Of a DNA stretch of 64,000 nucleotides, positions 12,323-24,139 are shown one piece after another. Position 1 is the stretch's first letter. Each line of letters starts with the position of its first letter. This stretch comes from Eledone cirrhosa (Eukaryota): the NCBI GenBank assembly GCA_964016885.1, contig OZ024744.1, forward strand, positions 84,444,001 to 84,508,000. The letters are read 5' to 3'. The notes beneath the pieces are model-generated. The model saw only the letters and a list, made by a program, of their open reading frames with translations. It did no database searches and was not told the DNA's origin. Position numbers and translations under genes: made by a program.

Positions 12323-12378
<56 letters not shown>

Positions 12379-12380
<2 letters not shown>

Positions 12381-12850
12381 CCTACTTATTCCTGAGAGGG
12401 ACAGACAGGACAGAGTCCTCAAATACACCTTCTAGCGGGTCCTGTCAGAATCAACCGTCACCAAATAATCCGGCTGGAGCTCCAAGCGTGATCACTAAAG
12501 CTCATGGATGTTATCCAACCATCTTGCTCAAGGTCTACCCCTGGGTCTCCTGTCGGTTGGTTTTGCCCATAAAATATGTCCAGCAATTCTTTCCCTGAGA
12601 CATTCTAACCACATGCCTATAGTATCGGAGCTGTGATCTCTCGAGTAGGAGAAGTAACGGCTCTACCTGGAGTGACTCTCTGATCTTCGAGTGGCGCACT
12701 TTATCGAGTAACGTTACTCCAAAGACCCTTCGAAGGAATCCCGTTTCGGCTGATTGTATTCGAGATTGTATTGTTTCGGTCATTAGCTAAGATTTCATAG
12801 CACGAAAACCGAATTAAAGATGGCGCGTTTGGTTTTTACGCCTACCTCCC
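12379..12850 (-). mobile_element. RTE-clade LINE 3' fragment with (AAT)n tail
   Basis: IQSAETGFLRRVFGVTLLDKVRHSKIRESLQVEPLLL..ERSQLRYYRHVVRM. Homologous to 55100-56120. Confidence 0.8.
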
Positions 12851-12869
12851 AGAATATATTTCTGTCCGG

Positions 12870-13026
12870 ACAACATGCCTTGTAGCATATAGTTACGGCC
12901 ATTTACGGGCTGAGTTCAAATCTCGCCGAGGTTGACTTTGCCTTTCATCCTTACGGGGTTGATAAAATAAAGCACCAGTAATTCACTGGGATAATTACTG
13001 GTCTTGTGCCAAAAATAGAAACAATT
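12870..13026 (+). mobile_element. SINE-A, 5'-eroded
   Basis: B-box and body motif present. Confidence 0.8.
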
Positions 13027-13028
13027 AG

Positions 13029-13182
13029 CGTATTTCCCGGCGTCGAAGACACTACTATTTTCCTAAAATAATTCTCAAAATCTACCATGCGTCCTGGAGG
13101 CCGAAGGTTGTTTATTATATTTTTTCAAAATTTTTGGTTATCAAAATTAGGGTGCGTCCTCGAGGACATCGTTTAAATATGG
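13029..13182. mobile_element. Small Tc1/mariner (pogo/Tc2-like) MITE
   Basis: Imperfect TIRs CGTATTTCCCGGCGTCGAAGAC ... GTCCTCGAGGACATCGTTTAAATATGG. Confidence 0.45.
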
Positions 13183-13531
13183 TGGTTATGTGGCATTTAG
13201 TTATGTCTACCTATAATTTTTTAGTTCCAGTTCTACCAGATTTTTCTTTGCTTTTCATACATCCAAAATCTATAAAAATTAGTACCAAGTTTATTACAGA
13301 GAACGATGCAGTACTTTACAACCATTCCCTTAAAATCTTATCGCGTTGCGCTTAGGTTAGAAGTCATTATGATAGTCATCATCATCAAATGATATAAATA
13401 TTTATTTTTTATGCTCTTCATTCTTTTGCTGTTTTTATTAACATTTTAAAGTACCCCACTTCCAGAAACGATCTCCTTAAAAAGGACAAGGATGACCACA
13501 CTTCCTATATCTTTTCCATGAATATATTAGC

Positions 13532-13959
13532 CCTGCCAACCTCTAAAACCCCAAATGGGCAATACCATGAAAAAGGTACCCCAAAACAAGGGAGAAATGA
13601 GGCAAAATGGGGAGATTTTACATAATGAAAGCTATACCAATTTTCACAAAGAGAAGACATCCCTCATCCACCCCAAAGTGAATGGAAGATCTTCCCGTCG
13701 GACGGGGAGAGTTGAGGGGTGCGATATACTTGCGCAGAAAATCCTTATTCCTCATGAAAAAAAAAAAAAAAGCGAAAAAAGTCGATAAAGCCGTAAGTAT
13801 AGTTGTGGGTTATGGAGTTTGTATACATCTAACTACATTCTAGCTCGGAGCTGTATAACATTCTAAACAAACAACGAGAGAGAGTGTCAGTCGTCCCTTA
13901 GAATTACAGCAACACATTCACACGGTATTCGAGAGATACGAGGTTTGGTTCCTTGTATC
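13532..13959 (+). repeat. Dispersed ~430 bp repeat, copy 2
   Basis: Matches 3035-3459. Confidence 0.75.
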
Positions 13960-14115
13960 ACATCTGTTCACTTTTTTCCGTCTCTAAATGTAATTTACCC
14001 AATTTTCTCAGCTGTTATCTAAAGTGATCGACCGTAATTACAATTATTTCCTCCGTTTGGAACACTTACATTTTCAAATTTCAAACACTTCCAGCATTTC
14101 AATAGTTCATAGGTT

Positions 14116-14259
<144 letters not shown>

Positions 14260-15561
14260 AAAATACGCTAAGCAGCGAAAGTGTACGATAAAGTTATATC
14301 GTATGTTGTACTATGAATAACCGAGACTTCACCAATGTGTATATAAAGATACACATTGTTAATATGTATACATGTAAATATGTTTACATCTTCATATATT
14401 GTGTGTATATTTATATACACATTGATGCAGTTTCGATTACCCAATCTTTATATAACTTTATCGTCAATTTCGACTGCTTAGCGAACTTCATAATATGAAG
14501 AAAAGAGCAATCAACTCAAGGTAGAAGCTGGATAAATCCCGGAATAAGTAGACAGAGACGCCTGCGGGAATCGAACCATACATCTGCCGTATGTCGGACG
14601 GCTACGATAATTTACTCGACTTATTCGATTATTTTGTAGTCATTGTTGTTATTTTGGTTTTTTGCAGTTGCTACTGTTGTTGTAGCCGTTGTGGCCGTCC
14701 ATCTTGTTCTGGTTGTAGTTTTTTGACCTGGGCAGATCTGAATGTTTGATCGCTCCTTTTTAGATGTTGTTTTGCTTGACACCGCAAGACTGATATGTAT
14801 TTTGTCGGTCAGAACCATTTGTTTTACCTATCCTACCTTCCTTTTATGTCAGCCCCTCCGTTTTCTGATACGTGGAACCTATTAGAGCGCTCTGATAGTG
14901 TGTGTGTGTGGGGGGGGGGGGTCTATGTCCATCTTTTTTTGCGGAGGAAGGAAGTTCTACCTTTTGTTGTTGTTCTTGTTGCTGTTGCTACTGCTGATGT
15001 TGATTCTGTTGCTGCAACTGCCACTATAAAATGTGCTTGTAATGTGTCGGATGTTGATAGCAGCACTGAAGTAAGATGCTCTTCTCTCAACCCTTTTCTC
15101 ATACAGCAGAAAGCCTTACTATGGTATATTTTACCCCAAACAATATCATTTCCCTTCGACTAGCAGACACATTTTCTCACCCTCTTCAAACTGGCAATGC
15201 CAGCAACGTCTACAGGTGTGACCAACACCTACGAAATACAGTGACGTTTCCTAATTGTTCTGCTAGAAAGTTGACTTGACTTAGATACTATCACTTCCTC
15301 GTGGTCTTCCTCCATTGCTATCACTCTGGTTTGGTTAATAATAATTTGGTCACCCGTCTTACCAGATACAGTGGATGCATAACAAACTCCTGGGTCATGC
15401 AACATACTATGTACACTGTTCCGGTCCCCTCCTCCATTCTCTAGATGTCAACAACCACACGGTTTTTTTTCCCTATTGCTACGTAGTCGACAGTGAACCA
15501 CGCTTCCTGCATGCGTATTTCTGTTTGAAACAGTATTGGGTACTGTAGCCACTACTCTCTG

Positions 15562-15979
15562 CAATTAATGATTTCTTGTATAGGCACAAGGCCAGTAATT
15601 TGGAGGGAGGAGAAAAGTCGATTAAATCGACCCGAGTACGTTACTGGTGCTTTATTTTATCGACCCCATGAGGTGAAAAGCAAAGTTAAGCTCGGTGGGA
15701 TGTGAACTCAGACCGTAAACGGCCGTAACTCTATGCTGAAAAGCATGGTGTCCGCCTCTCTGCCAATACTGCCGATCCACTCTCTGCAATTAATTGTTTC
15801 TACTTTTGGCACAAGGCCAGAAATAACCCAGTACGTTACTGGTACTTTATTTTATCGACCCCATAAGGTTGAAAAGCAAAGTTAACCTCGACGGGATTTG
15901 ATCTCAGACCGTAAAGGGGCGTAACTATGCTGGATAGCATGGCGTCCGACCCTCTAACGATACTGCCAATTCACCGCCC
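15562..15979 (-). mobile_element. Two tandem SINE-A copies
   Basis: Reverse-complement A/B boxes and body, ending 'tactgccgatccac' and 'tactgccaattcaccgcc'. Confidence 0.85.
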
Positions 15980-16066
15980 TTGCCAAATGCTACTATAAAG
16001 TCTCATAAGGCCTTGGCGAACGATGCCGCATACTTAATTTCTTTATTATTCTATATCATGATAAAC

Positions 16067-16990
16067 CGGTGGATTGGCAGAATCGGTAGGGCATCAGACA
16101 ACATCCTTAGCGGCATATAGTTATGGTTCTTTATGTTCTGAGTTCAAATCCCGCCGAGTTTATCTTTGCCTCTCATCCTTACGGGGTCGATAAACAAAGC
16201 ACCAATAATGCACTGGAGTCGAGTTAATCGATTTTCCCTTCGGCTAAAATCGCTGGCCTTGTGCCTAAAGTAGAAACAATTATCCTGAATGATTTTTATC
16301 GCCTGTATTGTCAACTGGCTCGTAACAGAATCGAACGATATATTTATTTTGTGAACTCATCGTCGTTGTCAGTGTTGTTGCTATTATTGTTGTGTTGGTT
16401 CTTATTGCTGCTGCCGCTGTTGTTGCTGTTTCTGTTGCTGTTACTGTTCTTAAGGTGGATTGGCAGTATCGGTAGAACGTCGAACACCATGCTTAGCGGC
16501 ACAGAGTCATGGTCCTTCACAATTTGAGTTCAAAACCCACCGAGGTTAACTTTGTCTTTGATCCTTACGGGGTCGATAAAATAAAGTACCAGTAATGTGC
16601 TGGGGTAATTGCTGGCCTTGTGCCTATAGTAGAAACAATTATTGTTATTAAGGGTGGTGGATTGGCAGAATCAGAATCGGTAGAGCGTCGAGTACCATGC
16701 TTAGTGGCATAGAGTTATGGCCTTTTACGTTCTGAGTTCAAATACGGCCTGGGTTAGCTTTACCTATCATTATTACGGGGTCGATAAAATAAGGTTCCGG
16801 TAACGCACTGGAGTCGATTTAATCGACTTTCCCCTCCCCCTTCAAATTGCTGGCCTTGTGCCTAAATCAGAAATAATTATTATTTGTGTTGTTGACTTTG
16901 CCTTTCATCCTTGCGGGGTCGATAAAATAAAGTACCAGTAATGCACTGGGTATTTGCTGGCGTTGTGCCTAAAGTAGAAACAATTATTAT
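16067..16990 (+). mobile_element. Cluster of SINE-A copies (~16067-16283, 16453-16642, 16655-16882, 3' half 16891-16990)
   Basis: Repeated GGTGGATTGGCAG head, B-box and body. Confidence 0.85.
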
Positions 16991-16992
16991 TT

Positions 16993-17700
16993 GTGTTGTT
17001 GATGATGATGATGATGTTGCAATTGCTGCTGTTTCTGCTGATTGTCGTTGTTGTTGTTATCGTCGTCGTTGTTGTAGTCGTCATCGTTGTTGTCGTTGTC
17101 GTCGTTGTTGTCGTCATCGTTGTTGTTGTCGTCGTTGTTGTCGTCATCGTTGTTGTCGTAGTCGTTGTTGTTGTTGTTGTTGTCGTTGTTGTCGTTGTCG
17201 TTGTTGTTGTCGTCATCGTTGTTGTTGTTGTCGTCGTTGTTGTCGTCATCGTTGTTGTTGTTGTTTTTGTTGTCGTCGTTGTTGTTGTTGTCGTCGTTGT
17301 TATCGTAGTCGTTGTTGTCGTTGTTGTCGTCGTTGTTGTCGTCATTGTTGTTGTTGTTGTCGTTGTCGTCGTTGTTGTCGTCGTCGTTGTTGTCGTAGTC
17401 GTTGTTGTTGTTGTTGTTGTTGTCGTTGTTGTCGTTGTCGTCGTTGTTGTCGTCATCGTTGTTGTTGTTGTCGTCGTTGTTGTCGTCATCGTTGTTGTTG
17501 TTGTCGTCGTTGTTGTCGTCATCGTTGTTGTTGTTGTCGTCGTTGTTGTCGTCATCGTTGTTGTTGTTGTTTTTGTTGTCGTCGTTGTTGTCGTCGTCAT
17601 TGATGTCTTTGTCGTCGTCGTTGTCGTCGTTGTCGTCGTTGTTGTCGTAGTCGTTGTTGTTGTTGTTGTTGTCGTTGTCGTCCTTATTGTTGCTGTTGTT
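16993..17700. repeat. Compound (GTT/GTC)n trinucleotide repeat
   Basis: Direct reading. It produces spurious poly-V/T/C ORFs. Confidence 0.95.
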
Positions 17701-17884
17701 TTTAGCAAATGGTAGTACTATTTTTGTTTCCTCCGCTCTATGTGGTCATCTTCACTGTAGTAGTCACAGTTGTTTTAGGTGTGACGTTAGAACCTTATTG
17801 TGCTTTTTTTTTTCGTTGTTGTTGTGTCACACGTTTGACAATTCTAAAAGAGACTCCGCCCCCGATATTCCCCACCCTGGCATT

Positions 17885-18106
17885 ATGTGGATTGGCAGTA
17901 TCGGTGGAGGGTTGGACGCCATGCTTTCTAGCATAGTTACGTCCTTTTACAGTCTGATTTCAAATCCCGCGGAGGTTAACTTTGCCTTTCATCCTTACGG
18001 GGTCGATAAAATAAAGTACCAGTAATGTACTGGGTAATTGCTGGCCTTGGGCCTAAAGTAGAAACAATTATTATTTTTATTTTTGCTTTTACCTCAAACC
18101 TTATTT

Positions 18107-18180
<74 letters not shown>

Positions 18181-18243
18181 CTCTCTCATTCTCATTCTCT
18201 CTCACTCTCATTCTCTCTCACACTTTCTCTCTCTCTCTTTCTT

Positions 18244-18280
<37 letters not shown>

Positions 18281-18605
18281 CTATATAATCGACTAACTTT
18301 TTAAATTGCATTTGTGTTAATATTTTACACGTTTTTATTGTATGTAAACTTCCTCCTTTGTATTTGTCCCCTTCTTTTGTGCTCCTGTGGCTAATAAAGA
18401 AACATATCTATATATATCTCCCTCTCTCTTTTCAATCTCTCTCTCTCGCTCTCTTTTTATTTTCTCTCTGTCTGTCTGTCTCTTTCATTCTCTCTCTTTC
18501 TCTCTGTGTCTTTCACTCTCTCTCTCTCTTTCATTATCTCTCTCTTTCATTCTCACTCACTCACTCACTCACTCACTCACTCTCTCTCCCTCCCTTTCTC
18601 TCTTA

Positions 18606-18650
<45 letters not shown>

Positions 18651-19765
18651 ACATACACACACATACGCGCGCGCGCGCTGATCTCTCATCCTCAGACGTT
18701 ATTGGATTGGCAGTATCGGTATTGGTGAATTGGCAGTATCGGTAGAGGGTCGGACACCATGCTTTGACGCATAGAGTTTCGGCCCTTACCATTCTGAGTT
18801 CAAATCTCGCCGAGGTTAACTTTGTCTTTCATCCTTACGGGGTCGATAAAATAAAGTACCAGTAATGCACTGCGTAATTGCTGGCCTTGTGCCAAAAGTA
18901 GAAACAGTTATTATTTCTTGGCTAGGATCCATTTTTAAATGGAGGTGGTTGATGCAAACGGGAAAATCACATACAAACGTAGCGAGTCAGAAATGAATGA
19001 ATTTCTATTCGAGCAAAACAACGTGAGTTTTGTTAAAGCTAACAAGCTGAAACACAATCTGGCACCCTCTGTGGAACATAACAATAATAAGGGTGGGTGG
19101 ATTGGCGGTATCGGTCGAGTGCCGGACTACATACTTCGTAGCATAGAGTTACGGCCCTTAGCGTTCTGTATTCAAATCCCGCCAATGTTAGCTTTGACTT
19201 TCATCCTTACATGCTCGATAAAATAAAGTACCAGTTATGCTCTGGTGTCGATATAATCGACTTTCTACTCGTCCAAAATTGCTGGCCTTGTGCCTATCGT
19301 AGAAATCATTATTGTTATGATTATTGGTGGATTGGTAGTATCGGTAGAGCGTTGGACACCATGCTTTGGAACACAAAGTTACAGCCCTTTACGTTCTGAG
19401 TTCAAATCCCGCCGAGTTTAGCTTTGCCTTTCATCCATACATGGTCGATAAAATAAAGTACCGGTAATGCACTGGTGTCTATTTAGTCGACTTTTCCCTT
19501 CCCTTCAAATTGCTGCCCTTGTGTCTAAATTAGAAATCATTCAGGAATCTCTCGAGAAATTTAATTTTAGGGCGGTGGATTGGCAGTATCGGTAGAGGGT
19601 CGGACGCCATGCTTTGACGTATAGAGTTACGGCCCTTGCCATTCTGAGTTCAAATCCCGCCGAGGTTAACTTTGCCTTTCATCCTTACGGGGTCGATAAA
19701 ATAAAGTACCAGTAATGCACTGGGTAATTGCTGGCCTTGTGCTAAAAGTAGAAACAATTATTATT
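17885..19765 (+). mobile_element. SINE-A copies (~17885-18072, 18725-18912, 19092-19311, 19325-19541, 19571-19765) interspersed with (CT)n
   Basis: Same head and body motifs. Confidence 0.85.
18286..18412 (+). mobile_element. Severely 5'-truncated Tx1 (GATA-family) 3'UTR
   Basis: Near-identical to the reverse complement of 34430-34552. Preceded by (CTAT)n at 18261-18284 and ends AATAAAGAAACATATCTAT. Confidence 0.8.
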
Positions 19766-19789
19766 ATTGTTGTGTTATCCCGTTTAGAT

Positions 19790-21055
19790 CAGTTCTGTTT
19801 CTCTATTGCCGAAATATCTGTTTCTCTATTGCCGAAATATCTGTTTTGTTTTTTATGATGATATCTGGTCTGTTGGCAGCGATTTCTCGGTCGGTTATCA
19901 CAGGCATATCTCACAGGATATATTGCCCTTTTCCATGATTGTTTTTGGTTGATGTTCATACTATTTGTTAGAAGTTTGGATGTCATGAGAGCGGCGGAGC
20001 ATCCAGTGCACATATTTGGCAATGCGGTTGTGTCTTTAGATATAGTCAGTTTTTGCCAGCTCTGGAAACTCGGACATAACATGACCTACCGTTTCTTCAT
20101 GTTTGTAGCATATTCTGGATAGTGCACTAGTCCCCTCTTTCACTATTATGTGTCTATAGGCCCGAGTGTTTAGAGATTGGTCTTGTGCAGCAACTAAGAG
20201 CCCCCCAGTCTCTGCTTTCAAACCAGCACTTCTGAGCCAGGATAGTGAGCCATGCTGATCGATATCATTGTCAGAAAGTCGTTCTGGGAATCTACCATGT
20301 AGTGGTTTTGCCCTCTTCACGGTTTGGTTTCTATGTTTGGAGGTTTTTTTTTACTTTGATCTTCACAGTTATAGCTAACTGTGCAGCACTCTGTTGTTGA
20401 TTTTCTATGGATACGTCTCGTTCCATGTTCAGGTTTTGCCTAAATTTACTTTTTGTTATTGAGTGCAGTTTCTTAATTCGTTCATGCTTGAGTACAGACA
20501 TAAGAAGTTCATCTCGGGTGTGGTGGAGGTAGCTATCCAATCCAATGGTTGCTGTTTGCAGCTTCCAGTTGTAGGGGCTATATTGTGTGATGTCTACTTT
20601 ATATTCATAGGATTATCTGAAGGTAAAGAGTGTGTCAATAATAATCTGGACATTGGTTTGATAACAAAAACATAGAATCGATACAAGGATTCACAGCATT
20701 ATGTGATATCCAAAAAATAGCTTTGCTAGGAACAGCGAACATCCTTCACAAGACATTCAAAAACTCAGTTCAAATAGAACAATCTTCATATACAACACAC
20801 GTTCTATACAATAAACACCTTATAAAATAAAACTACACAGTTCACAGAACATATTCTACAACGTTAATACCGAACAAAATAACACAACTCACATGACACA
20901 CACCACATACAGCAGAACAAACATTAAGATAACACAAGAACAGGCTAATGTTCATAACAAAATCATATGCAATACAATAATTACAACCAAAGTAAAAATA
21001 CACAATACTGCACACATCTCAAGAACTTGGAGGTGCACCTAGTGATGTTATAGAA
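19790..21055. mobile_element. R4/Dong-like LINE with inverted 5' part (minus 19790-20625, plus 20630-21055)
   Basis: Minus strand: KPLHGRF...SLSWLRSAGLKAETGGLLVAAQDQSLNTR...ETVGHVMS and an RLE start (..NRPDII). Plus strand: IQKIALLGTANILHK C-terminus followed by 3'UTR. Confidence 0.7.
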
Positions 21056-21091
21056 AATGGTGATGATGATGATGACGATAATAATAGTTTC

Positions 21092-21182
21092 ATTTATTGG
21101 CCACAAGGGCCGACATATAGGGGACAATACAAAAGACAGGTACAGTGGGGGTTTACATATACAACGTGTAAATAATATAATA
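21092..21182 (-). mobile_element. Tx1 (TTA-type) 3'UTR fragment
   Basis: Reverse complement 'tattgtcccc...cccttgtggccaataaatgaaactattattatc' resembles 12260-12330. (TAA)n is adjacent. Confidence 0.55.
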
Positions 21183-21195
21183 ATTTTTTTAAAAA

Positions 21196-21229
<34 letters not shown>

Positions 21230-22851
21230 GCCTGTCCCCTCTGTTGTTTGTCCTTGCCCTGATGCCCCTGACCAGTGTACTGCGAAAAGTGAGCGCAGGA
21301 TACAAGTTGGGAAAGGGAGGGCTTACCATCAATCACCTCCTCTTCATGGACGATCTTAAGCTCTTCGGGAAGAGTGAGAAGGAGTTGGATGTGCTTGTTG
21401 ACACTGTCCGTATTTTCAGCAATGATATATGTATGCAATTTGGTATTAGTAAGTGTGGAGTCATTGTGATGAGGAGGGGTAAGTTGAGCAGAAGTAACGG
21501 AATCCAGATACCAACAGGTGAGATGATAAAGGAAATTGGCTCTGGGGAAGGATACAAGTATTTGGGGGTTCTGGAGACTGATGGCATAAAGAACAAAAAA
21601 ATGAAGGAATTGTTAAGAACTGAATACATTCGGAGAATAAGGAGCGTATTGAAGTCACATCTGAACAGCAGAAATGCCATAAGCGCAGTAAATTCCCGAG
21701 CTGTGTCTATTATTAGGTACAGTGCGGGAATTCTGAGATGGAATGTTGCTGAACAAAAAGAAATGGATAGGAAGACTAGGAAGCTATTGACTATCTACAT
21801 GTTCCACAAGAGGAGTGATGTCGATAGACTCTACCTAAGGAGATCTGAGGGCGAAAGAGGTCTTATCAGCATAGAGGACTGTGTTCAGATGGAGAAAAAC
21901 AACCTACACAAATACGTGACTGATAGTAAGGAGCCAATGCTCAGAACTGTACTGAAGGAGGGGACAATAGGCCAGGGGATGTCCAAGGAGGAAATAACAT
22001 CAAGGAGGAAGAGCAGCCTTCAGGAAAAATCCCTTCATAGTATCTTCTTTGAGAAAACTGAATTTAGAGATCCACAGACATGGAACTGGTTGAGAAGAGG
22101 AGACCTTAAAAAGGCTACAGAAAGAATGTTAATGGCTGCGCAGGAGCAGGCCCTCAAAACGAAGTGGTTGAAACACCATATTTACAAGGAGGAGGCTAGC
22201 CCACTGTGCAGGATCTGTGGAGAGAGAGAGGAGACTGTGGCTCACATTGTATCCGAGTGTAAACACCTAGCCCACACCCACTATAAGGGCTGGAGACATG
22301 ATGTGATGGGCAGGGTGATCCACTGGCACCTGTGCAAAGTAAACAATTTACCACATTCTGAGAAATGGTACGAGCATAAGCCAGAGGCGGTGATGGAGAA
22401 CGATCAGGTGAAGGTGCTGTGGGATTTTAGGATACAGACGGACAAGAAACTGGAACACAATAGACCTGACCTGGTGGTTGTGGACAAAGAAAAAAGATCG
22501 TGTCTGATTGTGGATGTGGCCTGCCCATTCGACACGAGAGTGCAAGAGAAGGAGAGGGAGAAAATTAACCGACACCAGAACTTAAAGTGGGAGGTAAAAA
22601 GGATTTGGAACTGCTATGAAGTCAAAGTGATCCCGATTGTCATAGGCGCACTGGGGACTATCTCCAAAAGTTTCCAGGGATGGTTAAAGAAAATCGGCCC
22701 CTTCACGCTTTTTGGAACGCTTCAAAATACATGCTTGCTGGGAACAGCAAGAACCCTCCGATACGTCCTGAATATCTGAGGCTGCAGGTAGTGGCTTGAT
22801 ATTCATTCCAACGGACTTTCCAGTTAACTAACATCAATGAGTGAGATTCAA

Positions 22852-22852
<1 letters not shown>
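21230..22852 (+). mobile_element. 5'-truncated R4/Dong-clade LINE in (TAA)n
   Basis: (TAA)n on both sides. Open ORF to the stop codon and a short 3'UTR shared with 26736-26810. Confidence 0.88.
21244..22779 (+). CDS. C-terminal part of R4/Dong ORF: RT (FMDD) + CCHC finger + restriction-like endonuclease (uninterrupted, 5'-truncated)
   Basis: NHLLFMDDLKL, YKYLG, CRICGEREETVAHIVSEC, RHD, NRPDLVV..IVDVACP..EK, VIPIVIGALG. Confidence 0.8.
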   Translation: MFVLALMPLTSVLRKVSAGYKLGKGGLTINHLLFMDDLKLFGKSEKELDVLVDTVRIFSNDICMQFGISKCGVIVMRRGKLSRSNGIQIPTGEMIKEIGSGEGYKYLGVLETDGIKNKKMKELLRTEYIRRIRSVLKSHLNSRNAISAVNSRAVSIIRYSAGILRWNVAEQKEMDRKTRKLLTIYMFHKRSDVDRLYLRRSEGERGLISIEDCVQMEKNNLHKYVTDSKEPMLRTVLKEGTIGQGMSKEEITSRRKSSLQEKSLHSIFFEKTEFRDPQTWNWLRRGDLKKATERMLMAAQEQALKTKWLKHHIYKEEASPLCRICGEREETVAHIVSECKHLAHTHYKGWRHDVMGRVIHWHLCKVNNLPHSEKWYEHKPEAVMENDQVKVLWDFRIQTDKKLEHNRPDLVVVDKEKRSCLIVDVACPFDTRVQEKEREKINRHQNLKWEVKRIWNCYEVKVIPIVIGALGTISKSFQGWLKKIGPFTLFGTLQNTCLLGTARTLRYVLNI

Positions 22853-22905
<53 letters not shown>

Positions 22906-22906
<1 letters not shown>

Positions 22907-23321
22907 TAATGGTTCTTATTACCCGAGCCTGCCCGGCCAATTTTTGTTCATCTAACTTAAATAGACCAATCTCGTTCCAGATGTTATGCATCCGTTTCCT
23001 ATAGCCTTTCTCCTTGGGGTTACTCTTCAGGTAACATTGCATAACAGTTCTATTCAATTCTTTCGTCCAGTTGGTTCTGGTCCCTTTCCTTCTTCTTCTT
23101 CCTCCGACACCAGCAGTATTTGGTTGACAGCCAGGTCCCTGCTGCTGAGCCAGGGAGCACCTGCTTGGTGAGAGTCTGTCACATGACATTCTAGTCTCCA
23201 CTTCACCGTTATTCGAACTGTTTAGGTTCGACATTTAAACACTCTTATCGAGGATTGGTGAATGTCTGGTTACATAACCACCGGTGATTTCATCACTCCC
23301 GGTGATTTTTGTGTGGCACTA
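22906..23321 (-). mobile_element. R4/Dong 5'UTR and N-terminal ORF fragment (inverted)
   Basis: NWTKELNRTVMQCYLKSNPKEKGYRKRMHNIWNEIGLFKLDEQKLAGQARVIR is typical of the R4/Dong N-terminus. Confidence 0.7.
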
Positions 23322-23619
23322 TCACGCTGTAGACGAACATAAATAAACAAACAAAGAAATAGGTAAAAAAAATAAATAAAAAGAATAAGCATAAGTTTCA
23401 TTGTAATGTTTGAATGTCTGACTTAGTTTTTCCCTTCCCTTCTCTGTCCGTCTGTTTGTTTTTCTTTTCATTTTTCTTTTCTTTACGTTTTTCGTTGTTT
23501 CTGTGCTGCTTTGATTTTGATTTTTGGTTTTTTGATTTTTTGACCGGGTCATCAAATCAGTCTATCTATATATTTTGATGCCTTCCTCCTTTAGTGGGGA
23601 CACTACGATGCATGTCTTA

Positions 23620-24134
23620 GCAGGAGGCAGTGGGAGAGAATAGCGGCGGTAGTGATAATGAGGCAGTGGTGGTGGTGGTGCTGTGCTAGTAGTACTTAGC
23701 AGGAGGAAGTGGGAGAGAATAGCGGCTGTAGCGATAATGAGGCAGTGGTGGTGGTGATGTGATCGTAGTACTGTAGTGGTGGTGTTGAAGTTGAAGTAGA
23801 AATAGAAGTTCAGGTAACTTGACTAGAGTTTTTAGCGTGGTAGTGGTGTTGGTGGTGAAATTATCTTTGTCTGTCCACTTAGCCATTTAGCTATTTAGCT
23901 ATTTAGCCATTTTGCCATTTTCCTCTTTTTCGACTATAACATTTCTGATCCAAAATTAAATATTAAATATTGGGGCCCTATGCGTTATGGCTTGCTGAAC
24001 GTGAAAACTGTAATCTTATTGTTCATTTGTAATAATAATTATTCTATCACAGTTGTTTTAAAGAAGTAAAAAACAAAAACTTACGGGAGCGATTCCATAA
24101 CGATGTATATCCACCATGTGCGTTTTCTTCCCTA
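23620..24134 (-). mobile_element. Orphan Tx1-like 5' leader fragment
   Basis: TAGGGAAGAAAACGCACATGGTGG...TCGCTCCCGTAAGTTTT, followed by a Thr/Pro-rich ORF start. Homologous to 6330-6385. Confidence 0.5.
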
Positions 24135-24139
24135 TCTTG

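Larger units (their letters stand above)
6433..12325 (+). mobile_element. Full-length (decayed) Tx1/L1-clade LINE flanked by (TTA)n
   Basis: 5'UTR, gag-like ORF1 with CCHC knuckle, ORF2 with APE, RT and C-terminal Cys motif, 3'UTR ending AATAAAGAAATC-(ATT)n. (TTA)n lies on both sides (6388-6432, 12325-12378). Confidence 0.92.

Noticed and set aside
14540-14610. tRNA-like sequence (GGGAATCGAACC)
   Set aside because: Only a B-box-like remnant. No complete tRNA can be folded, so it is probably a SINE head.
15050-15540. Possible decayed LINE coding fragment
   Set aside because: I could not recover diagnostic motifs.
16905-17715. Long poly-Thr / poly-Val / Cys-Arg ORFs
   Set aside because: They are translations of a (GTT/GTC)n microsatellite, with no coding evidence.
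18939-19085. Possible host exon (MEVVDANGKITYKRSESEMNEFLFEQNN, GTGAGT nearby)
   Set aside because: Short, no recognisable domain, no partner exons, and the ORF runs into a SINE.
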